Shown here: in pieces, positions 8,775 through 17,302 of the stretch
How the letters are laid out: every line of letters starts with the position of its first letter
Numbering within the stretch: the stretch's first letter is position 1
IMG/VR virus record: IMGVR_UViG_2565956726_000008
Direction: 5' to 3' (one strand)
DNA: 64,000 nt
Source of the DNA: a virus
Taxonomy: Duplodnaviria > Heunggongvirae > Uroviricota > Caudoviricetes
Notes under the pieces: generated by a model
Told to the model about the DNA's origin: nothing
Databases searched by the model: none
The model's input: the letters and a program-made list of their open reading frames with translations, nothing else
Program-made: the position numbers and the translations under genes

Positions 8775-8971
8775 TGGGGGTTGTTATGTACGGGACTTGT
8801 GTAGTTGACAAAACTTACGCTTTTACATTGTTTGACGACTATGAGATCAACGACCTTACTGTAAAAGCTGACAACGGCGATATATGGTATCTTCACGACG
8901 TTGGTGATGGGTACGTTGGGTGTAGATCCCGGGAAGGGAAGGAGGTTTTATTTTTGGTTGATGGCGTATAA
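8774..8971 (+). CDS. hypothetical protein translationally coupled to M
   Basis: 65-aa ORF starting in TAATG overlap with M stop; no lambda counterpart between M and L. Confidence 0.4.
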   Translation: MGVVMYGTCVVDKTYAFTLFDDYEINDLTVKADNGDIWYLHDVGDGYVGCRSREGKEVLFLVDGV

Positions 8972-8975
8972 ACAC

Positions 8976-9003
8976 GACCCCGCGCGAAGCGGGGTTATTT
9001 TTA
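8976..9003 (+). terminator. rho-independent terminator
   Basis: ccccgcgcgaagcgggg hairpin followed by TTATTTTTATT. Confidence 0.5.
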
Positions 9004-9127
9004 TTCTATTTCCATTAATGCTATATTTTCTGCTATCGTTTTCCAGTCCAGATCTACAGCATGAACGCCAAATACTATCAACCCCATTATTATTAGCGCC
9101 AAAACTTCTATTTTTATAATCAGTCAC

Positions 9128-9376
9128 CTATAAGTTATCACGCAGATAATTAACGCCCTTATCAGTGACGAATGAATGGTTAACCTGGTTTTCATCCGTC
9201 ATGATGATGAATAACTTTTCATGTAGGTATTTCGCTTTCGGGTACAGCGTTAAACAGACCTGGTACAGTATCCCGCGCTCAATCAGCAAATCAATAAATT
9301 CGTGTTCATGATAACCGATGAGGCGGGCGGCCTGTTTCAACGTGTACACATAATCACCGTGATTGCGCCGCCCCAT
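9128..9376 (-). CDS. hypothetical protein with HTH-like segment (moron cassette 3, gene 3)
   Basis: 82-aa minus-strand ORF; YTLKQAARLIGYHEHEFIDLLIERGIL resembles MerR/excisionase-type helix-turn-helix. Confidence 0.45.
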   Translation of the reverse strand: MGRRNHGDYVYTLKQAARLIGYHEHEFIDLLIERGILYQVCLTLYPKAKYLHEKLFIIMTDENQVNHSFVTDKGVNYLRDNL

Positions 9377-9385
9377 GTTGCCGCC

Positions 9386-9733
9386 TTATTTATCGAATGC
9401 TGAAAGGTTATCGATACAGAAATCTTTCGCCGCTTTTTCGTATTCGCGTTTTGCTTCTGGATCGTCAGCCGGGAAACCTTTTGCGTGTATTTCACCAGGG
9501 CAAGACTGGTCCATAGAATCTGCATAATAAGCAGTGAAGCTACCATTAATATCTTTCGGGTTCATATCTTCCACCTCATCAACTATCTGTACCGGATTAG
9601 CAGCATATTTCACTGGATGGCCTAAACTACATTCAAGAATCCTGCCTTCTTCCAGGGCTACTTCTTCGCTATCAAATAATCCGAAACACTCCTTGCTACC
9701 ACTTAACCACACATCAAGACTGTATTTTTTCAT
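9386..9733 (-). CDS. hypothetical protein (moron cassette 3, gene 2)
   Basis: 116 aa from internal ATG (MKKYSLDVWLSG...); the 149-aa listed ORF would overlap the upstream gene extensively. N-terminus appears paralogous to gene 1. Confidence 0.45.
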   Translation of the reverse strand: MKKYSLDVWLSGSKECFGLFDSEEVALEEGRILECSLGHPVKYAANPVQIVDEVEDMNPKDINGSFTAYYADSMDQSCPGEIHAKGFPADDPEAKREYEKAAKDFCIDNLSAFDK

Positions 9734-9902
9734 TTTTGTTAGCCTCATATTTGACAGGTTCGATCTGGTATCCCAAAAGGCGGTCATCCTCAGCAAGTAA
9801 AAGCGCGTCAACCAATGCTTCACCCTCGTCGTCATACAGGGCGATAACCTTTTCCCTACCGTCTGTCATGAATACCGTCAACTTCCATAGCTTTTCAGTC
9901 AT
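9714..9902 (-). CDS. hypothetical small protein (moron cassette 3, gene 1)
   Basis: 62 aa from internal ATG (MTEKLWKLTVFMTDGREKVIALYDDEGEALVDA...); overlaps gene 2 by 20 nt. Confidence 0.4.
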   Translation of the reverse strand: MTEKLWKLTVFMTDGREKVIALYDDEGEALVDALLLAEDDRLLGYQIEPVKYEANKNEKIQS

Positions 9903-10031
9903 AACGCACCTCCGCGCCATTTTGTTAACTATGCTTCCGTTTGAGTAAAATATACATATTGTAAAAACCGCGATCAATCCATTTTGGTATGATTTAGCGT
10001 GACGCAGATCACAGAATGACAAGGTGAGAAA

Positions 10032-10736
10032 ATGCGCAATATTCCGAGAGAAATGATTATTGATTCCGTCGATGCCGGAGTCGGCGCGGTAATTGACTTG
10101 TTTGAATTAGACCTCACGCCCCTGGGTGGCGAGGTTATCCGCTTCCATTCCGGCGTGAATGGCTATTACGGCCCGGTTATCTGGAAGGGGGTGGCTTACA
10201 ACAGCTACCCTATCGAGGCCACTGGCTTCGAAATGAAAAACGAGGGTGTCTATTCACGCCCGCAAATGGTTGTAGCCAACATTGGCGGCCTAATCACCGG
10301 GATGAATAACGATTTCAACGACCTGCGAGGAATGAAAGTTACACGCCGCCAGGTGGAAGTAAAATACCTGGACGCCATCAACTTCCCCAACGGCAACCCG
10401 GATGCAGATCCGTCTATCGAGGCGGTGTCTTTTTACGTCGTTGAGGCGATGAGCGAAGAAACAGCCGACCAGGTGCAATATGAGCTGTCAACGCCAATTG
10501 ATGCTGACAAGGCGGTTATCCCAGGGCGCACAATCCTTGCTGACGTTTGCCAATGGCAATATCGCGGCGACGGTTGCGGATACAGTGGCGGCCCTGTAGC
10601 TACTGATAAAGACGAATCGACCAGCGATCCAAAGCTGGATAAATGCAGCCACCGCCTGAGCGGTTGCCGTTTACGTTTCCCGCGCCCGAATCCGTTACCA
10701 ATTTCATGTTTCCCAGGATCGAGCAAGGTGGGTTGA
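10032..10736 (+). CDS. minor tail protein L (lambda gpL homolog, divergent)
   Basis: 234 aa; alignable with lambda L (e.g. WQYRGDGCGYSGGPVA vs lambda WTYRGDECGYSGPAVA). Confidence 0.85.
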   Translation: MRNIPREMIIDSVDAGVGAVIDLFELDLTPLGGEVIRFHSGVNGYYGPVIWKGVAYNSYPIEATGFEMKNEGVYSRPQMVVANIGGLITGMNNDFNDLRGMKVTRRQVEVKYLDAINFPNGNPDADPSIEAVSFYVVEAMSEETADQVQYELSTPIDADKAVIPGRTILADVCQWQYRGDGCGYSGGPVATDKDESTSDPKLDKCSHRLSGCRLRFPRPNPLPISCFPGSSKVG

Positions 10737-10738
10737 TT

Positions 10739-11470
10739 ATGGCACTTGAAGATAAAATGATTCGCTATGCAGCAGCCCACCCGCGCGAGGAAGTGTGCGG
10801 GCTGGTGATAGATAACGATTATTTTTACCCGTGCGCTAACGTGTCTGAAACGCCGCACAACAGCTTTAAAATCTCGCCTGACGATTATATCAAAGCTGAC
10901 GAATTGGGCGTTATAACAGCCGTTTTCCACTCTCACGTTGAAGATATTCCGGTATTGTCGGCACGGGATCGACAACAGCAGGTTATTTCCGGCCTGCCGT
11001 GGTTTTTATGTTCCGGTGGCAGGGTTAGAAAATTCCGCCCGGTAGCGCACCTGTTAGGCCGAAAATTTGAGCACGGGAAAACAGACTGCTACGCGCTTTT
11101 CCGCGACGCATATCACCTTTGTGGCGTGGATCTACCGGACTTCGAGCGCCTTGATGGCTGGTGGCTGCGTGGGGAAAACCTGTACATAAAAAACCTGCCA
11201 TTGAACGGGTTTTTCATGGTTGATGCGCAAAGCATTCAGCCTGGTGACGTGATTATTCGCCAGCCGTTCAAGGGTGCTGACCCATGTCACGCGATGATTT
11301 ACCTGGGCGATAACACTGTTTTGCATCATGACAATGCCGGACTGCTAAGCCGCCGCGAGCAAATGCGGCCCGCGTATGTTCGACAAACGCATTCAATATG
11401 GAGATCTGACAAATGCTCAAATTTAGATTTACGGGCAATCTTCGAAGATATTACGGCAAAGTGTGTTTAA
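10739..11470 (+). CDS. tail assembly protein K (lambda gpK homolog; NlpC/P60 and JAB/MPN-like)
   Basis: 243 aa from MALEDKMIRYAAAHP; conserved HSH and C...H motifs as in lambda K; start 3 nt after L stop. Confidence 0.8.
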   Translation: MALEDKMIRYAAAHPREEVCGLVIDNDYFYPCANVSETPHNSFKISPDDYIKADELGVITAVFHSHVEDIPVLSARDRQQQVISGLPWFLCSGGRVRKFRPVAHLLGRKFEHGKTDCYALFRDAYHLCGVDLPDFERLDGWWLRGENLYIKNLPLNGFFMVDAQSIQPGDVIIRQPFKGADPCHAMIYLGDNTVLHHDNAGLLSRREQMRPAYVRQTHSIWRSDKCSNLDLRAIFEDITAKCV

Positions 11471-11943
11471 ACGTTGATACGCCAGCACAAGGACTTAGCC
11501 TATTGACCGCGCAGAATCAGGAGTTCAAGAAGGCTTTTTTAAATACACCTTTGCGGTTACGGATTGCCGGGAAAGATTATAACGAAAAGACGGCCCCGGC
11601 AGCGGTTAATAGTAAATACCCTGACGGAACTACCGTCATTATTGCGCCAGTAGTTGAAGGCGGTATTGCTGGGATTGGTGTTGTAGGCTGGATCCTGATT
11701 GGTGTTTCGGTGGTTAGCGTTGCGTTCTCAATCTTTATGTCCCGCAACATGAAGATAAAAACATCGGCAGAAAGCGCACAAGATAACACCATAACGAACA
11801 ACACCTACACCAGCATTGAAAACAAGGTGGGCCAGGGTAGACCAGTGCCAATACTATTAGGTGAAATGAAAATAGGTTCAAACGTCGGATCGTTAGGCAT
11901 AGACACAAGCAACAATAGAGACGCCTTAGACGTTGTAAGTTAA
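11413..11943 (+). CDS. tail assembly protein I (lambda gpI homolog, divergent)
   Basis: 176 aa overlapping the 3' end of K as in lambda; C-terminus LLGEMKIGSNVGSLGIDTS resembles lambda I LYGEMRVGSRVVSQEIST. Confidence 0.7.
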   Translation: MLKFRFTGNLRRYYGKVCLNVDTPAQGLSLLTAQNQEFKKAFLNTPLRLRIAGKDYNEKTAPAAVNSKYPDGTTVIIAPVVEGGIAGIGVVGWILIGVSVVSVAFSIFMSRNMKIKTSAESAQDNTITNNTYTSIENKVGQGRPVPILLGEMKIGSNVGSLGIDTSNNRDALDVVS

Positions 11944-11956
11944 CAGGAGAAAAACC

Positions 11957-14900
11957 ATGAGTAGCGGCGGCGGCAAAGCCAAAACACCAACATTATTGAA
12001 CGATAACCTGTATCACAAACAGTTTTATCGTGTTTTAGATATTCTCAGCGAAGGGCCGATATACGGTCCGGTAAACCAGAAAGCGCCATTGAATGACGTG
12101 ATGCTTAATGACACTCCTGTTACTGACGCAAACGGGAATACATCAATTCCGGGGATTAGTATAGCCTGGCGCAACGGCACGGCTGACCAATCGCCGATTA
12201 ATGGTTTTAACGCCATTGAGTCAACCGTTATTGTCAACGCAAAGGTAACTCACGACACACCAATAATCAGGACTGTTTCAGATCCAAACGTTACCCGCGT
12301 CAGGTTGAATCTTGGTGTTGATGCTCTCGTTCAGTCAGATGAAAAGGGCAATCAATATAATACATCCGTCATGTTGATGGTTGATGTTAAACCGTCATCA
12401 TCTTCTACGTGGTCGCTGATTAAAGACATACACATTGGCCCTGGTAAACAAAGCGGTGAATACCTGGAAGCTCACATCATTAAAGCGCCGGATGAAAAAC
12501 CGTTTGATATTCGCGTTCGTCGCATAACACCAGACAGCAACGGCGATCTATTGCGGAATGATACGCGGTGGAGTAGTTACAGCGAAATAATAGATGATAA
12601 TCTGTCTTATCCTCATACCGCTGTAGCTGGCGCCGTAATTGACCATGATCAGTATACTGATACGCCTACCCGCACCTATCACCTTCGCGGCCTGATTGTT
12701 GATGTGCCTGACAACTACAACCCTGAAACGCGCACATATTCAGGTTTATGGCTTGGTGGATTTAAAAAGGCGTATACCAATAACCCTGCATGGCTTTTCC
12801 GGTATCTGGTTAAAAACGAGCGCTTTGGACTTGCTCGACATGCTGGTTACATTGATGTTGATGATGGCGCTTTGTACGTGCTTTCTCAATACTGCGATCA
12901 GTTGGTTGATGATGGCTATGGTGGCCTTGAACCTCGCATGACGCTTAACGCTTACATTACGGAGCAAATGAGCGCCCGCGACCTACTGGATAACATCGCA
13001 GGTATGTTCCGTGGTATCGCGTTATGGGACGGACAACGTCTTACCGTGATGATTGATGCGCCACAAGATCCAATCGCCACCATCACAAATGCAAACGTCG
13101 TTGATGGCGCGTTTACTCGTTCAAGTATCGCACGCGCAGAATGCTACAACGCCGTGATCGTATCCTGGACTGACCCTGAAAACGGCTGGGAGCAATCAAA
13201 AGAATATGTCGCAGATGATAAACTAATCGCCCGTGATGGTTATAACGAAACCACGTTGGAGGCGTTCGGTTGCACTTCACGCGGGCAAGCGCACCGCGCT
13301 GGTAAATGGCTGATCGAAACAGCGAAACGCGAGCCGTCAAAATTCACATTTAAAATGGCCCGTGACGCCATTCACTTTACGCCGGGGGATATAATCGAGA
13401 TCCTCGATAATAATCGCGCAGGCGCTCGTTTAGGCGGTCGCATCGTGGCGAACAATGGCAGAGCGATCACGGTCGACAAGGTTGATTCTGAATATATCGC
13501 GGCTGGCGACACCATCAGCTTACTTGATAGCGATGGTAAATTTAAAAAACACCAGATCATCGGAGTTAACGGGAACATTATCACCCTTGCAGCCGCCCCG
13601 GCGTGGATTCGTAACGGCACTGTTTTTGCTGTATCAACCAACGCAGCAAAACCCGTTTTATGTCGAATCACCAGTGTAGCAGAAACAGAAAATAACAGCG
13701 TATACACCATCGAGGCCGCACAGCATGATCCACATAAGCAGGCCGTAGTCGATAATGGCGCAATCTTCGAGATCAATAACGACACGCTTAATCACTTCCG
13801 CGTGCCGAACATTGAAAATCTGAAGGTGTTAAACGTTGGATCTGAAACGGTTCAATGTCGCGCAACATGGGAAACACAGACGACAACGCGTCGCCTGACC
13901 TTTGAGATTCGCGTGTATAACGCCGAAGGCGCTGTAGTTAAAAGCTACGAAACCACGAATTACAGTTATGATTTTTATGGCATTGATGCTGGCAACTACT
14001 CATTAGGCATTCGTGGCAGAAATGACACGGGCATGAAGGGTGCGGAAAGCATTGTCGATCTGGTTATTGGCGCACCAGCGGCCCCAGTTGGCGTTAATTG
14101 GGTTCCCGGTGTATTCCAGGCTACAGTTTACCCGATCAGCAGAACAACGCTCACCACTGATACCAGTTACGAGTTTTATTACTCAGGTGAAACGCAGATC
14201 ACTGATCCGGCATCAATAACCACTAAAGCACAATATACCGGGCGTGGTCATCAGTGGACGTTTGGCGGCATGAATACAGGTCACACATATTACGTTTATG
14301 TGCGCGCGCGTAACGCTTTTGGTGTGTCTGACTTTGTGGAAGCGTCAGGTAAGCCAACAGAAAACTTTGATGAAATTACCGATTACGTCACCAAAGACGT
14401 AATGAATTCCAAACAATTTAAAGAAATGGTTGGTGACATTAAAGATCTAGGCGACCGCACTGATCTTATCGAAAGCGCTACGAATGACCTTAAAACTGCT
14501 ACTGACAACCTCAAAACTGCAACTGATAATCTGACCAACATAACTGACGATTTAAGGACTGAAACTGACAACCTAACCATAGAAACAGGATCAATAAAAG
14601 CTGATACTGATACGCTCAAAAAAGAAACGGAAGATCTTTATAAAAAAGTTAAGGAAAACGCCGATGATATTGGACAGCATGAGTCGAGAATCGACTCGCT
14701 GGAGGTGTCTAGCGAAAAAGTTGGCAGCGAACTGGCGCAAGCAAAAGCAAGTCTGCAAAACGCCTCACTTGCTCTTATTAATAACTCGCTTGCACAGACT
14801 AACACTCGCGTAACTCTTACCGCTCAGTACAAGAAAGGCAGGACAGAGACGAAAGCGGAAATTGACCGCATTGACAACGTTATCGCTGAAGAGAAAAAAG

Positions 14901-16819
14901 CGACAGCGGAATCACTGGAAACCATCACGGCAGAAATGAATGTGATGGACACAAACCTTAAAGGTCAGATCTCTAATGTGCAACGCGCAGTAGCTGACGA
15001 GGCCAGCGCCCGCGCTGAAGCTATTAACGGTGTAAATGCCTCAATAAGCAATCTTGACAAGAAAACTGACGCCAGCGTAAACCGTCTTGATCAGGCAATT
15101 GCAGACGAAACAAGTGCGCGTACTCAGGCTATCAGCGACGTGAACGCAAGTATCTCAACACTTGACAAGAAAACTGACGCCAGCGTTAAGCGCCTCGATA
15201 ATGCAATATCAGATGAAACGCAGGCAAGAAGCGACGCAATAACAGTGGTTAAAGCTGATTTAACAACGCTTGAAAATAACACAAATGCCAGTGTTAGCCG
15301 TCTTGATCAAGCTATCGCTGATGAATCAAGCGCACGTGCTCAGGCGATATCAGGTATCAGCGCGACGCTTGGCGGCGTTAAAAGTGAGGTTGATAAAAAC
15401 AGCGACGAGATAGATCAGGCGAAAGCAAGTCTGCAAAACGCATCTCTGGCGCTTATTAATAACTCAATGGCGCAAAGCAAGATGAGCACTGTTATTGAGG
15501 CGAAATACAGGAAAGGACAAACAAAAACAAAAGCGGAAATAGCAAGGGTAGACACAGCAATCGCAGATGAGGCGAGCGCACGCGCAGAAGCTATTAGCGG
15601 GGTTAATGCGTCAATTTCCACGCTCGATAGCAAGGTGACAAGCAACGTAACCAGGATGGATAAAGCGATCGCAGATGAGAAGAATGCACGCACTGACGCA
15701 ATCAGCAGCCTTAACTCATCGCTTACCAGTACGATTAATTCGAAAGTATCCGAAGTGTCAACTGCACTTTCTACGCATGAAACATCAAGCGCGGAAAAAT
15801 TTGGCCAGATCTCGGCATCTTTCGACGATGTAAACTCAAGCATCACGGAATGGTCACAGGCTATGGCAACGGCAGACGAGGCATTGTCAACCAGAATCGA
15901 CCAGTTGAAAGTAACTATTAACGGAAACACAACGGCGATAGAAACGACATCAAAAGCACTGACTGACTTCAAAGGTAACGTTGATGCGTCATATTCAATT
16001 AAGATTGCCACTGATAAAAACGGTATGAAATACGCTACAGGAATGTCGCTCGGCCTTACTGGTAGCGGGACTAACGTTCAATCGCAGTGTATTTTCCTCG
16101 TTGACCGTTTCGTGCTTATGACTGCGGCAGGTGGCTCCTATCAGACCCCGTTCTATGTTACTAACGGTGCTTGCTACATCCGTGATGCGTGGATCAGAGA
16201 CGCATCAATCACTACCGCGAAGATTGCGCAGCAAATTCAGTCAACCAACTATAAAGCTGGTTCGGCTGGCTGGATGCTAAATAAAAACGGCAATGCGGAG
16301 TTCAACAACGTCACTGTACGCGGTACGGTGTACGCAACATCTGGTAAATTCACTGGTGAGATTCAGGCCACAAGCGGGAAGTTTAAAGGTACAGTAGAGG
16401 CAAAGTCATTTGTCGGTGACGTTGCTAACATGGGGGTTGGTCCAGATCGAGTGCTTGGGCATAACGGAAGTTATAGCGCAACCATCACATATAAAGACAG
16501 CACGGATAATGCATTGACGAAATCAGTTATGCTTATGGCGACTATTTCATTAATGTCTGGTGAATATAGATCCACTTATAACGTAACGTTTAGTTGCGGA
16601 GATAAAAACAAAACAATTTCATATTACGTGCCTTATGGTGGATGCACATTAACAGTGCAATGCGCTTTTTCTGGTTTAAAAGCATCAGATATTATCGGGA
16701 AAATATATTGTCCTCAAACATCATCATCTGAAGGATACGCATATTGTACCGCGTTGTATTCTCCAACAATGATAGTAGCAAGAGGCACCGGATCATTTAG
16801 AACATCAACGACAGCATAA
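11957..16819 (+). CDS. host specificity / central tail fibre protein J (lambda gpJ homolog with extended repeat-rich fibre region)
   Basis: 1620 aa; N-terminal 1100 aa alignable with lambda J; followed by about 450 aa of coiled-coil-type repeats and a distinct C-terminal domain not resembling the lambda J LamB-binding end. Confidence 0.85.
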   Translation: MSSGGGKAKTPTLLNDNLYHKQFYRVLDILSEGPIYGPVNQKAPLNDVMLNDTPVTDANGNTSIPGISIAWRNGTADQSPINGFNAIESTVIVNAKVTHDTPIIRTVSDPNVTRVRLNLGVDALVQSDEKGNQYNTSVMLMVDVKPSSSSTWSLIKDIHIGPGKQSGEYLEAHIIKAPDEKPFDIRVRRITPDSNGDLLRNDTRWSSYSEIIDDNLSYPHTAVAGAVIDHDQYTDTPTRTYHLRGLIVDVPDNYNPETRTYSGLWLGGFKKAYTNNPAWLFRYLVKNERFGLARHAGYIDVDDGALYVLSQYCDQLVDDGYGGLEPRMTLNAYITEQMSARDLLDNIAGMFRGIALWDGQRLTVMIDAPQDPIATITNANVVDGAFTRSSIARAECYNAVIVSWTDPENGWEQSKEYVADDKLIARDGYNETTLEAFGCTSRGQAHRAGKWLIETAKREPSKFTFKMARDAIHFTPGDIIEILDNNRAGARLGGRIVANNGRAITVDKVDSEYIAAGDTISLLDSDGKFKKHQIIGVNGNIITLAAAPAWIRNGTVFAVSTNAAKPVLCRITSVAETENNSVYTIEAAQHDPHKQAVVDNGAIFEINNDTLNHFRVPNIENLKVLNVGSETVQCRATWETQTTTRRLTFEIRVYNAEGAVVKSYETTNYSYDFYGIDAGNYSLGIRGRNDTGMKGAESIVDLVIGAPAAPVGVNWVPGVFQATVYPISRTTLTTDTSYEFYYSGETQITDPASITTKAQYTGRGHQWTFGGMNTGHTYYVYVRARNAFGVSDFVEASGKPTENFDEITDYVTKDVMNSKQFKEMVGDIKDLGDRTDLIESATNDLKTATDNLKTATDNLTNITDDLRTETDNLTIETGSIKADTDTLKKETEDLYKKVKENADDIGQHESRIDSLEVSSEKVGSELAQAKASLQNASLALINNSLAQTNTRVTLTAQYKKGRTETKAEIDRIDNVIAEEKKATAESLETITAEMNVMDTNLKGQISNVQRAVADEASARAEAINGVNASISNLDKKTDASVNRLDQAIADETSARTQAISDVNASISTLDKKTDASVKRLDNAISDETQARSDAITVVKADLTTLENNTNASVSRLDQAIADESSARAQAISGISATLGGVKSEVDKNSDEIDQAKASLQNASLALINNSMAQSKMSTVIEAKYRKGQTKTKAEIARVDTAIADEASARAEAISGVNASISTLDSKVTSNVTRMDKAIADEKNARTDAISSLNSSLTSTINSKVSEVSTALSTHETSSAEKFGQISASFDDVNSSITEWSQAMATADEALSTRIDQLKVTINGNTTAIETTSKALTDFKGNVDASYSIKIATDKNGMKYATGMSLGLTGSGTNVQSQCIFLVDRFVLMTAAGGSYQTPFYVTNGACYIRDAWIRDASITTAKIAQQIQSTNYKAGSAGWMLNKNGNAEFNNVTVRGTVYATSGKFTGEIQATSGKFKGTVEAKSFVGDVANMGVGPDRVLGHNGSYSATITYKDSTDNALTKSVMLMATISLMSGEYRSTYNVTFSCGDKNKTISYYVPYGGCTLTVQCAFSGLKASDIIGKIYCPQTSSSEGYAYCTALYSPTMIVARGTGSFRTSTTA
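14455..14640 (+). repeat. tandem 21-bp (7-codon) repeats inside J
   Basis: Encodes ATNDLKTATDNLKTATDNLTNITDDLRTETDNLTIETGSIKADTDTLKKETEDL; repeated gctactgacaacctcaaaact-type units. Confidence 0.5.
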
Positions 16820-16822
16820 AAA

Positions 16823-16850
16823 ACGGGGCATAAGCCCCGTTTTTTTTTAT
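16823..16850. terminator. bidirectional terminator after J
   Basis: aaaaaacggggcataagccccgttttttttt: hairpin flanked by A-run and T-run between convergent genes. Confidence 0.6.
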
Positions 16851-16859
16851 GCATTGTTT

Positions 16860-17105
16860 TTATTTTTTACACCCATCATTTACACCAGAAAAATGGATAG
16901 GTAAATTACATTCACTGTCAATAATTTTACCTTGTAGTTGTTTTTCTTTCCATGAGTCAGTATTGAAATAACTCGAACGTTGGTTATCAAGGCCAGTATC
17001 ACCATATTGAGCAGTGCCAGCATCACTCTTATCTGTCGAATTTACAGAAGCAAAAGCACCAAAAGACAGAGCTGATAAGATGCAAGCAACAATTAGTTTT
17101 TTCAT
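16860..17105 (-). CDS. small secreted cysteine-containing protein (moron, lom/bor position)
   Basis: 81 aa from MKKLIVACILSALSFGAFA (signal peptide); three Cys in the last 20 residues; minus strand between J and the tail fibre gene. Confidence 0.5.
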   Translation of the reverse strand: MKKLIVACILSALSFGAFASVNSTDKSDAGTAQYGDTGLDNQRSSYFNTDSWKEKQLQGKIIDSECNLPIHFSGVNDGCKK

Positions 17106-17302
17106 TGTATTCACCTTACTGTTTGTTTTACTGTCATTTGTTGTTCGTGATGATCCACCCATCCGATGAGCAAATCACCGCAGAAGCTATCATTTCGTAT
17201 GTTGATATAGATCAAAAAATACACTATGTATAAGCCCAAAGTGTAACACAGATCACAAAATGGTAGAATTGTTTAGTTAATTAACAAAACGGAGTTATTG
17301 CG

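Noticed and set aside
10433-10975. 180-aa minus-strand ORF across the L/K boundary
   Set aside because: Antisense to two well-supported tail genes with recognisable lambda homologs; no RBS; considered spurious.
14455-15700. Possible CRISPR array suggested by regularly repeated DNA in J
   Set aside because: The repeats are in-frame coding repeats within one long ORF, are imperfect at the DNA level, and lack unique spacers or a leader; not a CRISPR array. The same applies to the terminase repeat array at 46685-46765.
12025-16011. Several minus-strand ORFs (70-198 aa) inside J, including 15415-16011
   Set aside because: Antisense to the continuous 1620-aa J frame. The 198-aa one falls in the repeat region and is Ser/Ala/Ile-rich, consistent with a mirror of the coiled-coil repeats rather than a gene.
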